From Patescibacteria group bacterium (GTDB taxonomy: Bacteria > Patescibacteriota > Dojkabacteria > J137): 64,000 bases of DNA. Positions 58,440-64,000 of the stretch are shown piece by piece. A program made the position numbers and the translations under genes. Under the pieces are notes generated by a model. It did not search any database, was not told the origin of the DNA, and saw only the letters and a program-made list of their open reading frames with translations. How positions within the stretch are numbered: the stretch's first letter is position 1; each line of letters begins with the position of its first letter. The stretch covers positions 69,508 through 133,507 of the forward strand of contig CAUJCN010000002.1 in the NCBI GenBank assembly GCA_963169855.1, in the 5' to 3' direction.

Positions 58440-59693
58440 TCAAATTGCCGAAATCAATGCGTTAAGTTCAGGAAAGTTCTGGTTGAAAACCTCTACAATC
58501 TCGGATCTGAATACAGGACAAGTTTTATTGTAAATTTCAGTAATGCCAGCTTGATATGGATGTGAATCATAGTTTGGGTATTCTAGATCAAATTGCTCAC
58601 CATTATTACTTTCTGATTCTCGAATTTTATCTTGGGGCATTCTAACTGCAACTGCTTTATAGTGGGCAAAAGATCCCACAACTTTTCCAGTTGGGTCAAT
58701 AATTGTCACACATGATAGAAAAGGTAAATGAACAGGAAGTCCTCTGGCAGCTAATGATTCAACCCAACCTACAGCGTTGTAATATCCTGTTTTTTCAACA
58801 ATTGAGTATCCTAAAGCTATCAACTTCTTAGCTGTTTCTGACCCAGTAAAGTCAAAGAATGGTTCTTCAAAGACCTCGTTGTTTTTCATGTTTTCTACAA
58901 GTTCGCTTTCTGGAGTTTCCGAAACAATTTTATGTTGGAGTTTGAGAAATTCGCTTAAGTAACCGACATTAGCATCTGGTTGAACCCAATGACCTGCAGT
59001 TTGTATAGATTTTGTTGGAGAAAACCCCTTGGTCATCTGACCCAAAACTCGAGCGTATTCTTCGTAAGAACCGAAATATTTAAGCAAATACTGTCTAAAA
59101 ACATTAACTGGTAAATTTGCTGAGTATTTTAAAGATAAGATTTGCAGCGTTTTTATTGAAAAGCTGTACGAATCTAATGCTGTATTTAACGGAGGTTTCA
59201 GCTCTTGAGATTGAATATCGTAATAGTCTTCTTCGAAATGTTTTAAAACTGCTTCTAGCTCTTGTTTATCTGTTGGTAGTTCTGAATTTAAGTAGTTTTT
59301 GAAAATGACTTCCAGTACCTTTCGGATATCTGGATTATCGCTTACAACAAATAATTGTTTTCGACCAATTAATTCAGCGATTAGACTTCCAGCGTTTAAA
59401 TCTATCTGAGTATCTCCTTCCTTCGAAACGATTTGATCGAATAATGAAGATATAGCTATTTTTGCGATACTTGCTAGATAAACAGGTTCAGAAGGCTCCT
59501 GTATTAAAATATTTTCACCTTTGATAACTGAACTTGCAGTCTCGCTAGGTATTTCTAGAAATTCAGCTTCTTGGTATTGAGAAAATAGTTTTTGCTCACT
59601 TTCAGCATATGCCGAATTTACTTGTTCAATTCTTGCTTGAAGTCTTGATCTTATTACTTCTGTTTCTGGCGATAGTTCCCTAGGTTTATCCAT
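58440..59693 (-). CDS. Serine beta-lactamase/PBP-superfamily hydrolase, divergent
   Basis: Ordered SxxK (ASIAK), SxN (YSAN) and KTG (EKTGY) motifs; no signal peptide. Confidence 0.65.
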   Translation of the reverse strand: MDKPRELSPETEVIRSRLQARIEQVNSAYAESEQKLFSQYQEAEFLEIPSETASSVIKGENILIQEPSEPVYLASIAKIAISSLFDQIVSKEGDTQIDLNAGSLIAELIGRKQLFVVSDNPDIRKVLEVIFKNYLNSELPTDKQELEAVLKHFEEDYYDIQSQELKPPLNTALDSYSFSIKTLQILSLKYSANLPVNVFRQYLLKYFGSYEEYARVLGQMTKGFSPTKSIQTAGHWVQPDANVGYLSEFLKLQHKIVSETPESELVENMKNNEVFEEPFFDFTGSETAKKLIALGYSIVEKTGYYNAVGWVESLAARGLPVHLPFLSCVTIIDPTGKVVGSFAHYKAVAVRMPQDKIRESESNNGEQFDLEYPNYDSHPYQAGITEIYNKTCPVFRSEIVEVFNQNFPELNALISAI

Positions 59694-59711
59694 AAAAATA
59701 GTATATCAGGA

Positions 59712-60674
59712 TTACTTTCCCACTACTACTTTTGCTGGTTTAAAAACGCCTTCTCGATCTTTGTACTTGTAAGCTGAGCTGATTACAGCGATTACTTTTC
59801 CTTTCTGAGATTCGTCTGGAACAGGAATCATAGAAACTGCTTCCATCTTTTCTTTGTCAAAAATATCTCCAACATTAACAGCAATTGTCTCAACTCCAGC
59901 AGAAGCTACAGTTTGAACAATTTTATCTTTTGCTGATCTGATTGAAGATTTTGCATTTTCGATGTCTAGATTCTCATCATTCAGAGCCAGATTGATATCA
60001 TCGTGAATTTCTAAGATAGACCTGATTAATCCCATGTTTGCCATTGCCCCGAATAATGCTTTTTCTCCCTCAACTCTTTTCTGATAATTCTGAAAGTCAG
60101 AAATTAAAGTTATTCTTTTGCTAGTCTCGTCTTTTAATTTAGCTTCCAAATCAGCGATTTTTGCTGATTCACCTTTGTGTTCAATTTTTTCTGTTTCTCC
60201 AAATGAGTTTGCTAAAACTTTTTCCAAAAGACTGAATTCTCTTACTACAATGAAGTAATCTGCATCCTTATCTTCAAGAGTTACTAATTTTATACTCTCT
60301 GAGTCACTGGACACACTAAAGTAATCGCTACCTGAATATTTAGTTAAAAATCCTTGGAAATCGTTAGAAAAATAGTTCACATTTCCTATGTCTTCTCTGC
60401 CTGCGCTAGGTTTTCTAATTTTAACTACATCGACTCCTCCTAAAGAAGTATTTAGAATTCTATCTAGCTTAATAAAAATACCAGTTGAACTTTCTGCAAA
60501 AAATGAACCTTCTTTCAAAAGTTCTTCAGAAAATTGTTCGTATTCTTCTGTAGATTGAGCGAAAATAGAAATAAACTCTAGATTTTCCTCTCCAAAGTTT
60601 AGTTTATCTAAAAAGCTCGCTGCTTTATCTGCAATTTCGATGATTAATGCTGATGCTGACTTCATAATTTTCAT
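59712..60674 (-). CDS. grpE: GrpE nucleotide exchange factor with a ~150-aa N-terminal extra domain
   Basis: C-terminal 'SDFQNYQKR.E.E', 'L.I.DD...AL', 'G..FD....EAV', 'Y......KPA.VVV'. Confidence 0.88.
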   Translation of the reverse strand: MKIMKSASALIIEIADKAASFLDKLNFGEENLEFISIFAQSTEEYEQFSEELLKEGSFFAESSTGIFIKLDRILNTSLGGVDVVKIRKPSAGREDIGNVNYFSNDFQGFLTKYSGSDYFSVSSDSESIKLVTLEDKDADYFIVVREFSLLEKVLANSFGETEKIEHKGESAKIADLEAKLKDETSKRITLISDFQNYQKRVEGEKALFGAMANMGLIRSILEIHDDINLALNDENLDIENAKSSIRSAKDKIVQTVASAGVETIAVNVGDIFDKEKMEAVSMIPVPDESQKGKVIAVISSAYKYKDREGVFKPAKVVVGK

Positions 60675-60780
60675 TCTTAACTTGGGATATTATAACACTT
60701 GAAAACTAATGCCAGAATATACCTTACAGTTAATCAAAGCTTGAAAAGTGAAGATAGAAGATCGAAAAAATTACTCTAGA

Positions 60781-61119
60781 TCATCTCAGTGTTTTCTGGA
60801 TACTACCTAATATTAACCCCAACTCTCTAGCCTCTGAGCGGAAATCTTGGAATCTACTATCAGAGGTCACCGCGCTAAGTATATCCAACCAGTAAACAGT
60901 TTCTGCAGCTTCCTTTTTTGCTATTTTAACCCTCATTTTAAAGTCCTTAGGACCAATATGCTGGTTAGCCTCTATATAATTGGCACCTATAGAACCTGAT
61001 GAACGAATTACCTGTCTGAAATCGTCAATTAGTAGAGAGTTGTACTTGAATGTCGCTAGGTGCTGTCTTACGTTTATGGAAAAATTTTTGGCTCGATCTA
61101 CTAAATCAAATGTTTTCAT
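60781..61119 (-). CDS. Four-helix-bundle protein (TIGR02436/IVS-protein family)
   Basis: 'L..R...F', 'Q..RS.GSIGANY.EA', 'DF.....IAKKE..ET.YWL', 'E..EL..I'. Confidence 0.92.
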   Translation of the reverse strand: MKTFDLVDRAKNFSINVRQHLATFKYNSLLIDDFRQVIRSSGSIGANYIEANQHIGPKDFKMRVKIAKKEAAETVYWLDILSAVTSDSRFQDFRSEARELGLILGSIQKTLR

Positions 61120-61237
61120 AAAGCTATTCTATGAAATCTATAAACAAGACACCATGTTTTGCAATACAATTTTCGATCTTTAAGTTTCTGATTTCGAACT
61201 TAACTTTGAATTAGTTGAAGAGACCTAAGTTTGTCAG

Positions 61238-61972
61238 TTAGCGAATTACCAAAATCTTTCTAATTGCTTCGATAGTGAATTGAAGAAGAGGAATGATTCT
61301 ATTGTATCTCATTCTATTTGGACCAATAATTGCTAAGTATCCATGATTTTCGCCATTTATTCTCAATTCGTTGAAAACAATCGCATATTCACCAAACATA
61401 TCTTGACCGGATTCTTCGCCAATTAGAACATTTGTATCATGATCTTTGACTTCTCTGTTCATCATTTCGGATAAAACGCTGTAATCTTCCAAAATTGTTA
61501 AGATTCTTTTTAGATTGTCTGTATCTCTAAATTCTGGGATATTTACTAATTCTGAAAGTCCTGAATACATTACTTGACCGTCTACAACAGCAATCGCTGC
61601 GTTTCCGCTAAACTTGCTCAGCATCACTACACTTTTTCTAATAACCTGTTCTGAATCTTCGTTGACTTTGTGAAGAACATTTTGAATTTCGTCTTGAGTT
61701 CCAGTATCGATATCGTCAAATCCTATTGATTCTAAGTAGTCTACAAAGAACCTCCATCCTTTAGTCGTAGGTATTCTTCCACTACTTAGGTTCTTTTGAT
61801 AAAGATATCCTAGTAGTCCCAAATTCGACATCTCATTTCTAATTGTTGCTGGACTTAAGTCAAAATCGTATTTATTTTGAAGGCTGATAGAACCAACTGC
61901 TTCTGCAGTTTCTATAAACTCTTTGATTATTGTCAAAAGTAGCTCTTTTTGTCTCTCTGAGAACTTATCCAT
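61238..61972 (-). CDS. hrcA: Heat-inducible transcription repressor HrcA (short form)
   Basis: 'RQ..LL..II.EFI.TAE.VGS', 'SPATIRNEM..L', 'SSGRIPT.KG.R.FV', 'V.IG.E', 'IIGP.RM.Y'. Confidence 0.93.
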   Translation of the reverse strand: MDKFSERQKELLLTIIKEFIETAEAVGSISLQNKYDFDLSPATIRNEMSNLGLLGYLYQKNLSSGRIPTTKGWRFFVDYLESIGFDDIDTGTQDEIQNVLHKVNEDSEQVIRKSVVMLSKFSGNAAIAVVDGQVMYSGLSELVNIPEFRDTDNLKRILTILEDYSVLSEMMNREVKDHDTNVLIGEESGQDMFGEYAIVFNELRINGENHGYLAIIGPNRMRYNRIIPLLQFTIEAIRKILVIR

Positions 61973-62042
61973 GTTTGTAGTATACCATATATTCTAGAGC
62001 TGAAATCGAGCTTATACTATACATCTATGATATAATTAATAC

Positions 62043-62714
62043 ATGCAAAACAAGGTTAGTATAATAATAAAAGTCATAGGTTATATCGGAGTATTTCTGA
62101 TGATTCTGCCTATCGGAATTTTGGGTTACTCTGTAATTGTTCCAGAGAAATCTGCTGTACAGGCTGAGGAATTCAATTCAGAAAAGGAAAATGACATTCT
62201 ATTAAAACCTATTTTCACAGAAAAAACTGCAACGAAATTCAAAGACCCATTCTTGAACATTAATAACGAAGAATTGAATGAATTACCTCTACAATTCGAA
62301 GTTCCTGTTGATTCAGTAGTTACAACAGGAGCAACAATAAGAATCCCTTCAATCGGAGTTTCCACAACAATTTATGAATCGCAGGATGCCGAAAAAGCTC
62401 TTGAATACGGAGTTTGGAGAGACCCAACAATGAGTACGCCAGACAGATACGGGAAACCTATTGTTATGGCAGCCCACAGATGGGGATCAGAGAGCTTATC
62501 TTGGGAATGGAGGTATCAGAATTTATTCAATAAATTTGACCAATTACAACCAGGTTCTACAGTTGAAATCACTTGGAATAACAAGATATACACTTTCAAA
62601 ATCAGATCAATTGACCAGAACTTTGTTGTGGAAGAGTACGCTGACTTGATCCTATACACTTGCGTGTATTACGGATCTCCAGAAAGATACATTGTTTACG
62701 CTGATAGAATCTAA
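62043..62714 (+). CDS. Sortase
   Basis: N-terminal TM; 'I.IP.IGV', 'AAHR', 'F..L..G..V', 'LILYTC' and downstream R (H/C/R triad). Confidence 0.88.
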   Translation: MQNKVSIIIKVIGYIGVFLMILPIGILGYSVIVPEKSAVQAEEFNSEKENDILLKPIFTEKTATKFKDPFLNINNEELNELPLQFEVPVDSVVTTGATIRIPSIGVSTTIYESQDAEKALEYGVWRDPTMSTPDRYGKPIVMAAHRWGSESLSWEWRYQNLFNKFDQLQPGSTVEITWNNKIYTFKIRSIDQNFVVEEYADLILYTCVYYGSPERYIVYADRI

Positions 62715-62773
62715 ATGACTTTGAGGTTATATATATATTGAAAATATACTATTTCGTGATATAATCTGCAGGT

Positions 62774-63091
62774 ATGAAAAACTTTTTAGTAAAAGCATTA
62801 CAAATCACAATAGCATCAGGAGCAATTTTCGCTTCAGGTTTCTTATCTACAGCTACACCAGTTTACGCTGCTAATGGATGTGGGAAGGGAAACTATTTCG
62901 ACTATAACCATAACAGATGCTTACCATGTCCAGTTGGACCTTACGGGGTTTCAATTTGTCCAGACACAGGTATCATTTTTGACGATAACGGTAATTTACA
63001 AACTGGAAACCTTATAGCACTCTCCGCTTTATTTGGATCCGGAGCTTTGATATTCTTAGGAAGTAAGTACAACTTATCAAAGTTACAATAA
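62774..63091 (+). CDS. Small Cys-rich secreted protein with a CPDTG sorting-like signal
   Basis: Signal peptide ending VYA, 4 Cys, CPDTG, C-terminal TM plus Lys. Confidence 0.7.
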   Translation: MKNFLVKALQITIASGAIFASGFLSTATPVYAANGCGKGNYFDYNHNRCLPCPVGPYGVSICPDTGIIFDDNGNLQTGNLIALSALFGSGALIFLGSKYNLSKLQ

Positions 63092-63108
63092 TTCGTCTTT
63101 AATAAACT

Positions 63109-64000
63109 ATGCAAGGTTTAATTGCAGGGGTTTCAAGATTAATTTCAAATATAGCACCACTTTTCTTGCTGTTTGTTTTTACGAAAACATCCAGCCTAGA
63201 AGATATTGGACTAATCAACTATTTCATTGCTTTAATCACGATCATCGGTGTTCTTACTGACTTTGGCTTACCAGAAGTAGTTCAAAGTTTTCTACCAAAA
63301 ACTCAGAACAAAAAAGCAGTTGTTTCTAAGTCATTTTTCTACGAAATTGCTATAGTTTTGCTTGCTGGAGGCGCGATTCTATTAATCGATACTTTAACTG
63401 GACTATCAATCAGCAAAGGCTTTCCTTTCATTCTTTTAGCAATAATCATTTTCTCTAGTAGCAATACTTTCATTCTGATTTTCAATGGATTAAAGAGAGA
63501 AAAACTAGTTTCTACTTTCTACCTAGGATCAGCAGTACTTTTCATTGGCATTTCGACCATTTTGAATATAGTTTTCAAGATTAACGCAGTAGAAGCATTC
63601 CTTTACGGAAGATTAATTTCTTGGGTTATTTTCTGGATCTTACCTTTAATAGTTCTATTTAAAGACAAGTTGATTTCGATCTCAGGAATAAGATCAGGAG
63701 ACAAAATATTACCTTTTGCAATTAACGCCTTCCTAGCTTCAATCGCCTATGTAATTGCTGGGCAACTTGATTCGATTTTGATCACGAATCATTATGGATT
63801 AGAGGCAAATGGCATCTTTAAATCTGCAGTTTTCGCAGGAACTATTCCAATCGCCCTAGCTACAATCTTACAAACAAAGCTTATCCCTGAGTTCTCAGAA
63901 AACTTATCGAAGGCATACTCCTCTTTAAAAAAGTACCTAAAGCTAGTCATTGGGTTGTCATTTGGATTATTAATAGCCGGCTTATTACTGGGTAACCTGG
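63109..64000 (+). CDS. Oligosaccharide flippase (Wzx/MOP family), partial at the window edge
   Basis: MQGLIAGVSRL..; multi-TM, 'TDFGL', 'LDSILI....G....G.F', 'P.FS'; not in the ORF track because no stop is in the window. Confidence 0.8.
   Translation, partial: MQGLIAGVSRLISNIAPLFLLFVFTKTSSLEDIGLINYFIALITIIGVLTDFGLPEVVQSFLPKTQNKKAVVSKSFFYEIAIVLLAGGAILLIDTLTGLSISKGFPFILLAIIIFSSSNTFILIFNGLKREKLVSTFYLGSAVLFIGISTILNIVFKINAVEAFLYGRLISWVIFWILPLIVLFKDKLISISGIRSGDKILPFAINAFLASIAYVIAGQLDSILITNHYGLEANGIFKSAVFAGTIPIALATILQTKLIPEFSENLSKAYSSLKKYLKLVIGLSFGLLIAGLLLGNL

Noticed and set aside
60781-61119. Diversity-generating retroelement (Avd-like gene)
   Set aside because: No reverse transcriptase or TR/VR repeat pair was seen in the window
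1-64000. CRISPR array or cas genes
   Set aside because: No regularly spaced direct repeats with unique spacers were seen; the repeats found are dispersed palindromes
1-64000. Alternative genetic code (UGA=Gly)
   Set aside because: Recognisable genes (VirB4-like, epmA, miaA, four-helix bundle) end at TGA at their expected C-termini, and long genes have no internal TGA

Overview
Low-GC, gene-dense bacterial chromosome segment using genetic code 11. Gene content and repeat style point to a Patescibacteria/CPR genome, possibly Dojkabacteria (inference, no search run). Housekeeping genes include tgt, pheS, efp, epmA, miaA, rmuC, rnhA, pth, rlmI, uvrA, prmC, mscL and hrcA-grpE-dnaK. The window also holds tRNA-Gly(TCC), tRNA-Ser(GGA), three ABC exporter subunits, a VirB4-like pair, a 1.6k-aa surface protein, a sortase and many orphan ORFs. 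Most notable: (1) a small GIY-YIG nuclease gene sits inside a duplicated 5' end of tRNA-Ser and takes its last codons and stop from the tRNA, with a REP-like hairpin inserted in the upstream tRNA copy; related palindromes are scattered through the window, two of them in frame inside CDSs. (2) A collapsed ~2.1 kb island at the tRNA-Ser 3' end carries a CBASS Cap15-like remnant, a recombinase-like tail and a CIRCE-controlled Hsp20. (3) A two-gene unit pairs a RyR-repeat-like protein with an unknown HDxxH domain fused to a SLOG domain, opposite a wHTH regulator. (4) An unannotated ~180-nt 6S-like RNA. (5) A pervasive leaderless promoter architecture. (6) Several frameshifted accessory genes. All family calls come from motif recognition by eye.
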